DNA from: a virus
Lineage: Duplodnaviria; Heunggongvirae; Uroviricota; Caudoviricetes
Virus record (IMG/VR): IMGVR_UViG_2563366941_000007
Span: 1 to 55,118 of that record
Strand: one strand, 5' to 3'
DNA length: 55,118 nt
Shown: in pieces, positions 1-10,964 of the stretch
Layout of the letters: every line of letters begins with the position of its first letter
Position numbering within the stretch: position 1 is the first letter of the stretch
The notes under the pieces: model-generated
Seen by the model: the letters and a program-made list of their open reading frames with translations, nothing else
Told to the model about the DNA's origin: nothing
Databases searched by the model: none
Made by a program: the position numbers and the translations under genes

Positions 1-71
1 TTTGTTGTCTGATTATTGATTTTTGGCGAAACCATTTGATCATATGACAAGATGTGTATCTACCTTAACTT

Positions 72-93
72 AATGATTTTGATAAAAATCATT
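72..93. repeat. 22-bp palindrome AATGATTTT-GATA-AAAATCATT directly upstream of where invertase homology begins
   Basis: Perfect 9-bp inverted arms around a 4-bp centre; contains TTTTGATAA, resembling hix/gix-type half sites of serine invertases (from memory). Confidence 0.35.
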
Positions 94-95
94 AG

Positions 96-572
96 GGGAT
101 TCATCAGGGCTCAGCAGCAACCAGTGAGCGTCCTGGTTTTAACCGGTTGCTTGCTCGCCTGAAATGTGGTGATCAATTGATTGTGACAAAACTGGATCGC
201 CTTGGTTGTAATGCAATGGATATCAGGAAAACAGTGGAACAACTGACCGAAACAGGTATCAGAGTGCATTGCTTAGCATTGGGGGGCATTGACCTGACCA
301 GTCCAACAGGAAAAATGATGATGCAAGTAATTTCAGCAGTCGCTGAATTTGAACGAGACCTTTTACTTGAACGCACTCATTCCGGGATAGTAAGAGCCCG
401 CGGCGCAGGGAAACGTTTTGGTCGACCACCTGTGTTAAATGAAGAACAGAAACAGGCGGTATTCGAACGAATTAAGTCAGGTGTAAGTATAAGTGCCATT
501 GCCCGGGAATTCAAAACCTCGCGGCAAACCATTTTAAGAGCCAAAGCAAAACTTCAGACACCTGACATATAA
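96..572 (+). pseudogene. Serine recombinase/DNA invertase (Pin/Hin/Gin family), N-terminally truncated remnant
   Basis: Translation ...[29 protein letters not shown]... matches the resolvase/invertase core and C-terminal HTH; the frame is closed by TAG at 93-95 and no upstream frame encodes the catalytic-serine N-terminus. Confidence 0.6.
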
Positions 573-669
573 AAAATAATCTCGGTGTGAGATGCTTTAC
601 GTCTTCCAAGCCCCCTTCCTTGCCGTAAATGGAAAGATACATCTAATTATAGAATTTATATGTTTTACC

Positions 670-1245
670 CTACGGCAGTGCTGGCCATTCAATATCCTGT
701 GCAGTTGACGTATCAACACGGTTCAGCAATACCCGATACTTTTTCCATGCTTCCAGCAACGAGATTTCTTCCTCCGTTGCAATTTCCAGATCTGCAGCAT
801 CCTGAAGCGGCGCAATATGCTCACTGGCTACCTGCATCAGGTTGTTTTTTGTTTCTTCCGCCTCCCGGATCCGGAACAGTTTTTCTGCTTCCGTATCCTT
901 CACCCAGGCTGTGCCGTTCCACTTCTGAAACTCCCCTTCCGGCGATAACCAGGTAACATTTTCCGGTAACGGACCGAGTTCAGAAATAAATAACGCGTCG
1001 CCGGAAGCCACGTCATAAACCGTTTTACCCCGATGATCTTCAACGAGATGCCACGATGACTCATCACTGTTGAAAACAGCCACGAAGCCAGCCGGAATAT
1101 CTGGCGGTGCAATATCGGTACTGTTTGCTGGCAGACCTGTATGAGGCGGAATATATGCATCACCTTCACCAATAAATTCATTAGTTCCGGCCAGCAGATT
1201 ATAAATTTTTATGGTCCGTGGTTGTTCACTCATTCTGAATGCCAT
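670..1245 (-). CDS. tfa: Tail fiber assembly protein (Tfa)
   Basis: 191-aa [27 protein letters not shown]... typical of lambdoid Tfa (TfaQ-like); immediately downstream of stf. Confidence 0.9.
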
Positions 1246-4200
1246 TATGCAAGCCTCACAATATAGTTAAATGCGATGTTTTTGACGGTGTTTTCCGCGT
1301 TACCAGCAGCGTTAACGGTGATGGTGTGTCCATGTGAACCAATCGCAACGGAGTGCGTATGAGCACCAATACCGACAGTATGTGCATGTGCGCCTGCGCT
1401 TGCAGCAGTGCCGGACAGCGAGTGGGTATGAGCACCATCTGATGATGTCTTCCCTGCATTACGAGTCTGGCCACTACCGCTTGTTGTGCTCATAATCCCC
1501 GCGCTTAGATTTGAAATCGCGGTATAACCATTAGGGAAAATGCTCGTGTTCGTGCCACCAAATGCACCGGAACTCTTGTGTTGGTGCGCACCGGCACTAT
1601 TTGCGGTCCCGCTAATACTATGGGTATGCGCCCCGGTGTTATTCGTGGATTTGGTTCCGTAATCAAACGACGATGTGGTTTTCGTCCCCAAATCCGTACT
1701 GGATGCGCTGGCGCTGTGGGTGTGCGATTTAATGCCGTCCTGTTCCTGAGATAATACGGCCCGACCACTGGCGGGCTTGCCCTTAATCGTCCAGCCACGC
1801 ATATCAGGGATCACGCCTGACGGATAAGCAACTGCAAGTTTCGGGTATGCAGATTTGTCAAAAGTCTGCCCCTGCATCAGGGCATAACCAGACGGAACGG
1901 TATCTGATGGCCACGGGATTGGTGCACCGACTGGATAAAACTCTGCAGGAGGATGAGCCGAGGTGTAAAGCTGCGCCCACGGCGACCAGTTTGCGTCGGT
2001 CGTATCCCGTCGTGAACGAATAAATGCCGGAGCATGAGCACCGCTTGTACCACTCCAGCCGATGAGTAACTCACCTTCGCCAACGGCTGTCATCCCTTTC
2101 AGGTGAATGATATTTCCATACGCTGTTGGATATCCGTTGTTATACACCTCGTATAACTCAAGACCTGCTGCCCCCTGCGTATTGTCTGTCAGCGCGGTTA
2201 CCCGACCTTTTGAAGCCAGATTAACTGATGATACTGCTGTTCCACCTGACGGTAACGCCCCGATCTCTGATGCCGTTGGCTTATTTCTGGAGTTATAGTC
2301 CCTTCGCCAGCCAGGTGAATAATCTGTTCCGTGATTAATATAGGTAAACTGGGCGTTAGTTGTTCCACCACCAGTGGAGGTGGTCGGTGTGGTAATGCGG
2401 ATCGTCATCGCTGACTTTATCCCCATTACTTCAATGACAGCTCCGGCGAGATGAATATTACCGCAGTCAGTATCAGTAATGATTTTATTATTGCCATAAG
2501 ACCAGGAACCCTTGCACATCCAGTATGGATGGTTAAATGCTCCCTGAGAATCCAGCCACTCGATAAACTGTGCAGTCGTCCAGTTTCCTGTTGTTGTGCT
2601 TACTGACCCACCGAAGGCACGGCAGGCACCAATATTTTTCGTAAAGGTATCTTTGCCAGGGATATCCGCACCGTTCTGATCTTTCTGCAGACGTTTCTCA
2701 GCATTGTCATTGGCTGCTTTTACTGCCTTTGGTGTCGCGGCAAGCGTTTCAGACGTGCTGTTGGTCGCGCTGCTTAGCTGGATTATCCCTTTCTGTGCTG
2801 TCGTTGCATCCTGTGCGGTGTATTTCCCGTTAGCCAGGTCATACGCGGCCTTAACGGCTTTTGGTGTTGCCGCCAGTGACTCGGAAGTGCTGTTAGTCGC
2901 ACTACTGAGCTGTACTATCCCCTTTTTCGTCGTGCTCGCATCCTCAAGCGCCACGGCGGATGCAATATCCTCTGCCCGTTTTGCTGCTGTCTCGGCGCGC
3001 GTTGCTGCGGATTCTGCCGTACTTTTGCTCTGTGCTGCCGCTGCCGCACTGCCAGCAGCCTCTGTCGCCTTCGTGGATGCCGTCGTGGCGCTGCCCCTCG
3101 CTGCTGACGCCTGTCTGGTCGCCTCATCTTTTGAAGCAGACGCCGATGATGCCGATGACGCCGCCGAACTGGCGGACGATGCGGCAGCCGTTTTTGAGGA
3201 TTCTGCGCTGGTTTCCGACGCTTTCGCGTTCGTTTCGGATGTCTTCGCTGCGGAAGCAGACCTCGCTGCTGCGCTGGCCTGTTCAGTGGCTTCGCCAGCC
3301 TTCGTTGTGGCTGTTGAAGCGGATGATGCGGCGCTTTCTGCCGATTTTCCGGCGGCGGTGGCACTGACTGCTGCCTCCTCTGCCTTAATGGACGCCTCAC
3401 GGGCCGATGATGCAGCTGTTGTCTCAGAGTCTGCCGCAGCTGAGGCGCTCTGTCCCGCTGCCGTTTCAGAAGACCTGGCGTTCGTCTCTGACGTTTTTGC
3501 CGCCTTCGCGGAATTTCCTGCCGCTGTTGCCGAGGAAGCTGCGCTACTGGCGCTCGAGGATGCGTTCGTTTCTGATGATTTCGCTGCCTCTTTTGAGGCC
3601 GCCGCATCCCGGGCTGAGGTGGCAGCTTCTGACGCCTTCGTGGTCGCGGCGGATGCAGAAGTGGCTGCTGATTGTTGTGACGCTGCCGCATTCGTTTCTG
3701 ACGTTTTCGCCGCAGCGGCACTGGTAGCTGCCGCGCTTTTTGAGGACTCTGCAGCAGCAGCACTTTTCGATGCTTCACTGGCCTTTGTTGATGCCGTTCC
3801 TGCGCTGGAAGATGCTGACTGAGCCGACGACGCGGCCTGTCCGGCTGACGTGCTGGCTGCGCGTGCTGAGCCTGCAGCATCAGTCGCATGGGTTGCCGCC
3901 TCACGGGCTGATGTGCTGGCATCGCTGGCTGACTTCTTCGCGGCTGCCGTGTTCTGTGCCACCGCGGACGCGTTACGCGCCACCTCTTCCACCATCAGTT
4001 CAAAACGGCGCAGTGCCTCAGGACGGGCATCATCCTCCGTCATGGCACCGAGAAAATCATTCAGCGTACCGGGTCGGGAATCTTCATACACGGTGATGGT
4101 CCCGGCATGTGACGGCGGGAATCCCTCCACCAACAGAATAACGCTGTACTGCCCGTACTCAACGTCCATGCTGTAACGCCCGGCTTCATCCGGATTTTCT

Positions 4201-4325
4201 GAGGCCAGCGTGTTCACCACCACCGTGGTGCTGTTACGTTTTGCTTTCAGCTGGATTGTGCAGTTCTGTACCGGTTTTCCTGTGCCGTCTTTCAGTACAC
4301 CTGAAATCTTTACTGCCATATTCAC
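1245..4325 (-). CDS. stf: Side tail fiber protein (Stf), long form with Ala/Ser-rich repeat region and GAHTHS C-terminal repeats
   Basis: 1026-aa ORF; conserved N-terminus [19 protein letters not shown]..., long low-complexity A/S/T-rich central region, C-terminal GAHTHS-type repeats. Confidence 0.9.
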
Positions 4326-4328
4326 CCC

Positions 4329-4357
4329 ACAAAAAAGCCCGCCTGAACCGGCGGGCT
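4329..4357 (-). terminator. Rho-independent terminator-like hairpin downstream of lom
   Basis: GC stem AGCCCGCC/GGCGGGCT with a T-run on the minus strand. Confidence 0.45.
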
Positions 4358-4383
4358 GTCATAACACTGTGTTACCTGGCTAA

Positions 4384-4983
4384 TCAGAATTTATAACCGA
4401 CACCCACGATGAAACCGTCAGTGCGCCAGTCACCACTGCCGGAGCCTTCATAAGCAATATCAATGGCCACGGATTCGGTCGGGTTAAACTGCACGCCAGC
4501 CCCCCACGCCAGAGACGTGTTGCTGTGGCGACCGTCATCACTTCCGGTCAGCACATCGTGCTTTTTCCCCTTGTTGTCAGTTACGCGGAGATAATCCCCG
4601 GAGAAAGTCGACACACGGCTGTAAGCCACACCCGCCATCGCATACGCGCTGAACCATTCATTCACGCGCACAGACGGCCCCGCCATTACGCTGAACCAGC
4701 GGTTACGAACGGAATCTTCATGCCAGCGGGTATCGCTGTAACGGGTCAGCTGGCGATTCTTGTCTCCTGCATAGCTGAATGACGTCACCAGCCCCAGTGT
4801 GTCCGTAAACTCATAACGGTATTTCACGTTAATCCCGTTCAGATCATCACTGCCGGGGACGTTCGTCGAGGCATGAAGATACCCCGCGCTCAGCGTGGAC
4901 TGATGTTCAGACGCCCATGCAGGCGCACCGGATACGGCCAGACAAATGGCTGCGGACAAAATTGCTGCACAAACTTTACGCAT
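4384..4983 (-). CDS. lom: Outer membrane protein Lom (Ail/Lom family)
   Basis: 199-aa ORF with signal peptide MRKVCAAILSAAICLAVSGAPAWA and near-identity to recalled lambda Lom. Confidence 0.95.
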   Translation of the reverse strand: MRKVCAAILSAAICLAVSGAPAWASEHQSTLSAGYLHASTNVPGSDDLNGINVKYRYEFTDTLGLVTSFSYAGDKNRQLTRYSDTRWHEDSVRNRWFSVMAGPSVRVNEWFSAYAMAGVAYSRVSTFSGDYLRVTDNKGKKHDVLTGSDDGRHSNTSLAWGAGVQFNPTESVAIDIAYEGSGSGDWRTDGFIVGVGYKF

Positions 4984-5053
4984 AATTACCTCTCGCTTTT
5001 CTGCAATAAAAAAGGCGTCATTCCTGACGCCCTTTATTGGGGTTATAAATATT

Positions 5054-8000
5054 TCAACGAATACTGATGCCGGAAGCGGCTTTTTTGGTCACAATCACCG
5101 TACAGTCGGTGATATTGCCTGCCCCCTGATTGCCTTTCTGGAAAATCTTAAACTCCAGAGTGACGCTTCCCCTGCCACTCGGCATATCAATAACTGCACT
5201 GTAACTACCGGGAATGGCCCCTTTAGTTTCTCTGGATGCGATTAATACGCCGTTTTTGCGAACTTCAAAACCATAACCCGTGTATCGCGTGCCTCCTGGG
5301 TTATTTCCGCTCCCCGGATCGTCATACGCTATACCGTTAAAAATAATGGGCGGAATAATAATCTGGCGGTCAAAGTTATGATCATCGCTGATGGTGACTG
5401 TAACCGTACCGTTTGGTGTTTCCGTGTTACCCCACGTACCGACTTTTTTCGGGAAGGCTTTTGATACAGCTTTAACGAAATCTCCTCTGACCTGGGTCGC
5501 CTCCAGCATGCCCTTAATCGTACAGTTCTGGTTAATCGTGACATTGTTGAGCGTTCCTGAGTTCGCATTCACACTGCCACTGATATCCGCATTTTTCGCC
5601 GTCAGTCTCCCGTCTGATGTCAGGGAAAATGCCGGAGGATTACCGCCGCTGGTAATGGTGGGGGCCGTCAGGCGTTTCAGGAACACTTCATTCATGAATA
5701 TCTGATCGCCCTGACCAACAAACATCGGCTTTGTGTTGCCATTCGCAGGATTAATCATCGCAATCCTGTCTGCTGCCAGCAGCACCTGACTCTGCATGCC
5801 GTCAGGGGTGTTCTCAATACCGGCACCGATACCCGCAATATAAAGGCGTCCGTCCTGCATCTGCTGCAGCTTCACTGCCCACATGCTGTTCAGGTTATTA
5901 TTTGTATCAACCTGAACCTTCTGTATCTGCTGGATCGCTGCACTCTGGTCTTCCAGTTTCTTATTGACGGTCTGCGTGATTTCATTGCTGACATCCGTTA
6001 TGGACGTCCTGATTTCAGTCAGGTCAGGCGCAAGCTGACCGTTATCAATCTGCGTCCACAGCTCCTGAGCCAGATGGGTTTTCCCTATCTCGCCTTTGAA
6101 AAAATCCAGATAGCCTGATGCATCATCACTCGGCTGACCGACAGCCTCCACGAATGCCGATTTGCCAACGGTGTTCACACTGCGAACGTAAAAATAATAA
6201 TCATGGCCCGGTTTGATATTGATACTGGCGGCTATCCAGTACAGTGCCGTACCAAGATAACGCGCGCTGGTTTCAACCTGCCTGATATCCGCAATCCGTT
6301 TTTCCGAGAACCAGAACTCAAACTGTACCGTCGGGTCATAAACCGCAAGATGCGGCGTGGCGGTTATCTGAAAATAGCCCGGCGTCAGCTCAATCCGCGA
6401 CGGCGCTGCCGGTGCGGCAATCCGGAACGATACCGACGCCGGATCGCCCTGCTGCCCCCACGCATTTACTGCCCGGACTGTCAGCCTGTAGTTCCCCAGA
6501 GCCAGTTGTGTGAAGCGGTAAGTGGTTTCCGTCGTCCGGGCCGTGCTGACCAGCCGCTCACGGCCGTCATCCGCTGCCACGGTCAGGCGAAGCAGGAAGC
6601 TCACGCCCTTCACCACCTTCGGCGTGTCCCAGCGCGCCAGCACCTGGTATTCCCCGCTGTCTGCGGTGACTTCTGCGGTCAGGTGCTGCACCGCTGGCGG
6701 CGTGACACCATTTACCGTGCCGCTCTGGTCGCCGTCAAAGTGCGCCCCGTTATCCACGATGGCCTCTTTTTCCGGTACATGCTGCACGGCGGTGATGGCA
6801 TACGTGCCGTCGTCGTTCTCACGGATACTCACGCAGCGGAACAGGCGCTGGCGCAACGTCGGCAGCTTCAGCCCCCATACGCTGTATTCAGCAACGCCGT
6901 CAGGAACACGGCTCACTTTCACCTTCACGCCGTCGGTGACGGACTGAACCTCCACGCTGACCGGACTCCCCTGCCCGTCAACCAGGCTTATCAGCGTGGT
7001 GCCGGAAGATGGCAGCGTGATTTCACGGTCGAGCGTCAGCGTCCGGGTCTGGCTGTTTACCGCCAGCACGCGCCCGCCGGTGCGGATACCGGCATAGTCA
7101 TCATCGCAGATTTCAATGACATCGCCCGGTACATGGCGAAGCCCTTCGGCACCCACGCTGAAGTCCACGGTCTGCGTTTCCAGCAGTTCTGTTTTAATCA
7201 GCCACAGCCCGGCGCGGTGTGCCTGCCCCCGGCTGGTACAGCCAAAAGCATCCATCTTCGTGACGTTACGACCGTAACGGGCAATGGCCTGCGTGTCCTC
7301 CACAAGCTCTGTCGCCGTCTCCCAGCCGTTATTCGGGTCAATCCAGTTCACCTCAACGGCATTATGGCGGTCCTTCAGGGCGCTGAAGCTGTAGCGGAAC
7401 GGCGCACCATCATCCGGCATCACCACATTACTGCGGTTATAGGTCCACACCTTATCCGACGGTCGGTCCTGCACGAACGTCAGCGTCTGCCCGTTCCATA
7501 CCGGCATACAGCGCATCGCAGAGCAGAAATCACTGAGCACATCCCACGCCTTGCGCTGTGTGGTCAGGTACGCATTACAGGTGATGCGCGGCTCTGTGCC
7601 GCCAAAACCGTCCGGCACCGACTGATCGCAATGCTGGCCGATGACATACAGCGCCCATTTGTCCACATCCGCCGCACCAAGACGTTTCCCCATGCCGTAG
7701 CGCGGATGGGTCAGCATATCCCACAGACACCAGGCCATGTTGTTGCTGTATGCTGGCTTAAACGTTCCGTCCCAGATACCGCTGTATTGCCGCGTCTGCG
7801 GGTTATAGTTCGACGGCACCTGCAGAATGCGCCCGCGCAGATGATAATTACGGCTCACCTGCTGGCTGCCGAACTGCTCCGAATCCACCTGCACGCCGAC
7901 CAGTGCCGTGTTCGGGTAGCACTGTTTCACATCGATGATTTCGGTGTATGACGACCAGAGCGTTTTGTTCTGCAGCTGGTCTGTGGTGCTGTCCGGCGTC

Positions 8001-8551
8001 ATCCTGCGCATCCGTATATTGAACGGGCGCGGCGGCAGGTTACCCACCACCACCGAGGCCAGATACTGCGAGGTGGTTTTGCCCTTAATGGTGATGTCTT
8101 TTTCCGTCACCCAGCCACCATTACGCTGGATCTGAACCAGCAGGCGGACTTCCGACGGATTCCGGTCCCCCTTTGAGGTGGTTTCCACCAGTGCCTGCAC
8201 GCCGAAGGTAAAGCGCAGACGGTCGATGTTTGCAGACGTAATGGTGCGGGTGATCGGCGTGTCATATTTCACTTCCGTACCCAGCACCGTCTCGGAGCCG
8301 GAGGATTCAAACCCCTCCGGCGGTGTCTGCTCCTGCTCACCGGCACGGAACACCACCGTGACACCGGAGATGTTGGTATTCCCCTCAGTGTCCAGCACCG
8401 GCGTACTGTTCAGCAGCACGCTTTTTAATCCATCCACCGGACCTTCAACCGGCCCTTCGCTGATGGCATCGATCACACTCAGCAACTGCGTGGACTTCAG
8501 GTTGTCCTTCGCTTCGCGCGGGGTATGCCCCTTACTGCTGCCTTTACCCAT
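5054..8551 (-). CDS. J: Tail tip/host specificity protein J
   Basis: 1165-aa ORF; N-terminal about 900 aa match recalled lambda gpJ ([24 protein letters not shown]...); C-terminal receptor-binding region diverges. Confidence 0.95.
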   Translation of the reverse strand: MGKGSSKGHTPREAKDNLKSTQLLSVIDAISEGPVEGPVDGLKSVLLNSTPVLDTEGNTNISGVTVVFRAGEQEQTPPEGFESSGSETVLGTEVKYDTPITRTITSANIDRLRFTFGVQALVETTSKGDRNPSEVRLLVQIQRNGGWVTEKDITIKGKTTSQYLASVVVGNLPPRPFNIRMRRMTPDSTTDQLQNKTLWSSYTEIIDVKQCYPNTALVGVQVDSEQFGSQQVSRNYHLRGRILQVPSNYNPQTRQYSGIWDGTFKPAYSNNMAWCLWDMLTHPRYGMGKRLGAADVDKWALYVIGQHCDQSVPDGFGGTEPRITCNAYLTTQRKAWDVLSDFCSAMRCMPVWNGQTLTFVQDRPSDKVWTYNRSNVVMPDDGAPFRYSFSALKDRHNAVEVNWIDPNNGWETATELVEDTQAIARYGRNVTKMDAFGCTSRGQAHRAGLWLIKTELLETQTVDFSVGAEGLRHVPGDVIEICDDDYAGIRTGGRVLAVNSQTRTLTLDREITLPSSGTTLISLVDGQGSPVSVEVQSVTDGVKVKVSRVPDGVAEYSVWGLKLPTLRQRLFRCVSIRENDDGTYAITAVQHVPEKEAIVDNGAHFDGDQSGTVNGVTPPAVQHLTAEVTADSGEYQVLARWDTPKVVKGVSFLLRLTVAADDGRERLVSTARTTETTYRFTQLALGNYRLTVRAVNAWGQQGDPASVSFRIAAPAAPSRIELTPGYFQITATPHLAVYDPTVQFEFWFSEKRIADIRQVETSARYLGTALYWIAASINIKPGHDYYFYVRSVNTVGKSAFVEAVGQPSDDASGYLDFFKGEIGKTHLAQELWTQIDNGQLAPDLTEIRTSITDVSNEITQTVNKKLEDQSAAIQQIQKVQVDTNNNLNSMWAVKLQQMQDGRLYIAGIGAGIENTPDGMQSQVLLAADRIAMINPANGNTKPMFVGQGDQIFMNEVFLKRLTAPTITSGGNPPAFSLTSDGRLTAKNADISGSVNANSGTLNNVTINQNCTIKGMLEATQVRGDFVKAVSKAFPKKVGTWGNTETPNGTVTVTISDDHNFDRQIIIPPIIFNGIAYDDPGSGNNPGGTRYTGYGFEVRKNGVLIASRETKGAIPGSYSAVIDMPSGRGSVTLEFKIFQKGNQGAGNITDCTVIVTKKAASGISIR

Positions 8552-8611
8552 TCCTCACGCTCCATAAATGACAAAACCGCCCGCAGGCGGTTTCACATAA
8601 AACATTTTGCA

Positions 8612-9283
8612 TCAGCGACCAATCACCACAACCTGACCACCGTCCCCTTCGTCTGCCGTGCTGATCTCCTGAGAAACCACGCGAGACCCCACGCGCATTT
8701 CCCCGTACAGAACAGGCAGAACATTGCCCTGGGCAACCATGTTATCCAGTGAGGAGAAATAGGTGTTCTGCTTACCGTTATCCGTTGTCTGTGTACGGGG
8801 AGTTCTGGCTTTCGGTGCCAGCATCTGCGCCACACCACCGAGCACCATACTGGCACCGAGAGAAAACAGGATGCCGGTCATACCACCGGTCCCAATGGCT
8901 GCCCCCCATGCTGCAAGGGTGGCTCCGGCGGTAAAGAATGATCCGGCAATGGCGGCAGCCCCCAGGACAATCTGGAATACGCCACCTGACTTGGCCCCGG
9001 CGACTCTGGGAACAATATGAATCACAGCGCCATCAGGCAGAGTCTCATGTAACTGCGCCGTTAACCCGGACGTGCTGACGTCCCGCCCGGCAATCCGTAC
9101 CTGATACCAGCCGTCGCTCAGTTTCTGACGAAACGCCGGGAGCTGTGTGGCCAGTGCCCGGATGGTTTCAGCCCCCGTTTTCACACGAAGGTCGATGCGG
9201 CGACCAAATCGTTGTAAATCCCCGTAAAGGCAGATGCGCGCCATGCCCGGTGACGCCAGAGGGAGTGTGTGCGTCGCTGCCAT
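8612..9283 (-). CDS. I: Tail tip assembly protein I
   Basis: 223-aa ORF matching lambda gpI; position between K and J. Start may instead be the GTG at 9186 overlapping the K stop. Confidence 0.85.
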   Translation of the reverse strand: MAATHTLPLASPGMARICLYGDLQRFGRRIDLRVKTGAETIRALATQLPAFRQKLSDGWYQVRIAGRDVSTSGLTAQLHETLPDGAVIHIVPRVAGAKSGGVFQIVLGAAAIAGSFFTAGATLAAWGAAIGTGGMTGILFSLGASMVLGGVAQMLAPKARTPRTQTTDNGKQNTYFSSLDNMVAQGNVLPVLYGEMRVGSRVVSQEISTADEGDGGQVVVIGR

Positions 9284-9924
9284 TTGTCGGTGTACCTCTC
9301 TCGTTTGCTCAGTTGTTCAGGAATATGGTGCAGCAGCTCGCCGTCGCCGCAGTAAATTGCGGCGTGATTCGGCACTGATGAACCAAAACAGCACAGCAGC
9401 ACATCGCCCGGCTGTGCCGCTGACAACGGCACCTGATACAGCCCCGTCGCCTCCAGATTATCCAGATAGAGATTCTGGCCGTTACGCCACCAGTCATCCT
9501 CACGATAAAAGTCCGGCATCTCAATCCCCGCCAGATGATAAGCATCCCGGAACAGTGTGTAACAGTCCGTCACACCGTGCTCAAAGCGCCGCCCGGTGAG
9601 ATGCGGCACACAGCGGAACTTATGAATCGTCCCCCGGCAGACCAGCCACCACGGCAAATCACTCTGCACCTGCAGCCGCCGGTCGGCCTCACTCAGCCAG
9701 GGCAGACCACCGGGGTGGCTGTGGACCAGCGCCACAATCTCACCCTGCATTTCTGCCTGCAGCCAGTCTTCCGGCGACATACGGAAATACGCCTCCGGCT
9801 CACCGGAGATATTCACGCAGGGAAAATATCTTTCCCCCTCCGGCGTGCTTACCACGAAGCCGCACGACTCCGCTGGCGCACATCGCCGGGCGTGCGCCAG
9901 AATCGCTGATTCTGTCTGTGTCAT
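9181..9924 (-). CDS. K: Tail assembly protein K (JAMM/MPN + NlpC/P60 domains)
   Basis: ORF with HSHPGG JAMM-like motif, matching lambda gpK; the annotated lambda start may correspond to the internal Met at 9780. Confidence 0.85.
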   Translation of the reverse strand: MTQTESAILAHARRCAPAESCGFVVSTPEGERYFPCVNISGEPEAYFRMSPEDWLQAEMQGEIVALVHSHPGGLPWLSEADRRLQVQSDLPWWLVCRGTIHKFRCVPHLTGRRFEHGVTDCYTLFRDAYHLAGIEMPDFYREDDWWRNGQNLYLDNLEATGLYQVPLSAAQPGDVLLCCFGSSVPNHAAIYCGDGELLHHIPEQLSKRERYTDKWQRRTHSLWRHRAWRASAFTGIYNDLVAASTFV

Positions 9925-9929
9925 GGGAT

Positions 9930-10635
9930 TTACTGCGAAAGTTTGTTAATGGAAAGGAAGCCGCCAAAGTTGCCGACGTTATTGCGGAACTTACAACCGC
10001 TCAGGCATTTGCTGCATTTATCCTTCGTGATATCGGACGTTGGCTGGTCATATTCATCCGCGACAGCCGGACCGCTATAACCGCACTCGTCACCGCGATA
10101 GGTCCAGGTGCAGGTGTTGGCCAGCATGATACGTCCCGGAAAAACAGCGCCATCCGTTTCCGTCGGCGTGGACAGTACAAAGGAGGCACTCACCGCGCTC
10201 AGTTCGCTGCACTGCTCAATGCGCCAGCGGCTGATCACCTCCTGCTCCGGATCGGCGTAACTGTTTCCGTTGACGAAGTTCAAAGTTCACCGCATCCAGA
10301 AAACGGGCGTAAACCTTACGCCGGACCACCGTTCCGCCGACCAGACTCTGCATATCTTCCGCCATCCCGGTGACCATACCGTACAGGTTAGAAACCGTCA
10401 GCGTGGGGCGCGTACTGGTGCCTTTGCCATTCAGTTCAAAACCGCTCCCCTGAATGGGATACGGCTGATACTGTCGCCCCTGCCAGGTGACCGGCTCACC
10501 TTTTTCGTTCTGCTCATTACAGAAAAAATAACGTTCTCCACCGACCTCTGTCAGGTCGATTTCCCAGAGCACCACGCTGGCCGACTGCTCCGCACGGGTG
10601 CATTCATTCAGTGTTTCCTGCCGGATATCCTGCAT
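9930..10635 (-). pseudogene. L: Tail tip protein L, frameshifted
   Basis: Two ORFs (10216..10635 and 9930..10283) in different frames together cover gpL (MQDIRQETLNECTRAEQ... and ...NFVNGNSYADPEQ...); the frame break coincides with a 7-bp tandem duplication. Confidence 0.8.
10276..10289. repeat. 7-bp tandem duplication (AAGTTCA x2) causing the L frameshift
   Basis: Direct reading: AAGTTCAAAGTTCA; removing one copy restores ...FLDAVNFVNGNSYADPEQ... Confidence 0.8.
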
Positions 10636-10964
10636 CAGTTCACCACCTGTTCAAACTCTGCGCTGAACTCAACACGCAACATACTGACCCGCGACGACCA
10701 TTTTGCGCAGGTCACCTTTATCTGCCGCCACTCATAAGGCGGCGTCCACAGAAAGGATTTCCAGCCCCCGTGCTCTTCCAGAAACGACTCCAGTACCGTG
10801 GCCTCCTCACGGGGGACAGAAAGCGTCACGCTGTACGTTTTCAGGTTGGCATTCAGCCCGGCAGGCGCTCGCTGAGAATAGCCATCACCAAAGCGCACCT
10901 TTCTTACAGAAGGGACCGAAGCCACATCCATACCGGGTTTCACTTTCCAGCGGAAGGTCTTCAT
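10635..10964 (-). CDS. M: Tail tip protein M
   Basis: 109-aa ORF MKTFRWKVKPGMDVASVPSVRKVRFGDGYSQRAP... = gpM. Confidence 0.95.
   Translation of the reverse strand: MKTFRWKVKPGMDVASVPSVRKVRFGDGYSQRAPAGLNANLKTYSVTLSVPREEATVLESFLEEHGGWKSFLWTPPYEWRQIKVTCAKWSSRVSMLRVEFSAEFEQVVN

Noticed and set aside
2704-3922. Long ORFs on the plus strand (372 aa) and in an alternative minus-strand frame (335 aa) inside the stf Ala/Ser-rich repeat region
   Set aside because: They lie antisense or out of frame within the well-supported stf gene. Low-complexity GC-rich repeats produce open frames on both strands, and the translations are Ala/Arg/Pro-rich with no domain features.
6203-7951. 582-aa plus-strand ORF
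   Set aside because: Fully antisense to the confidently identified J gene; Arg-rich translation typical of antisense reading of GC-rich coding DNA.
8551-8611. GC hairpin with a minus-strand T-run between I and J, considered as a terminator
   Set aside because: It lies inside the late tail operon where read-through is required; a structured intergenic spacer is more likely than a functional terminator. Not listed as a feature.
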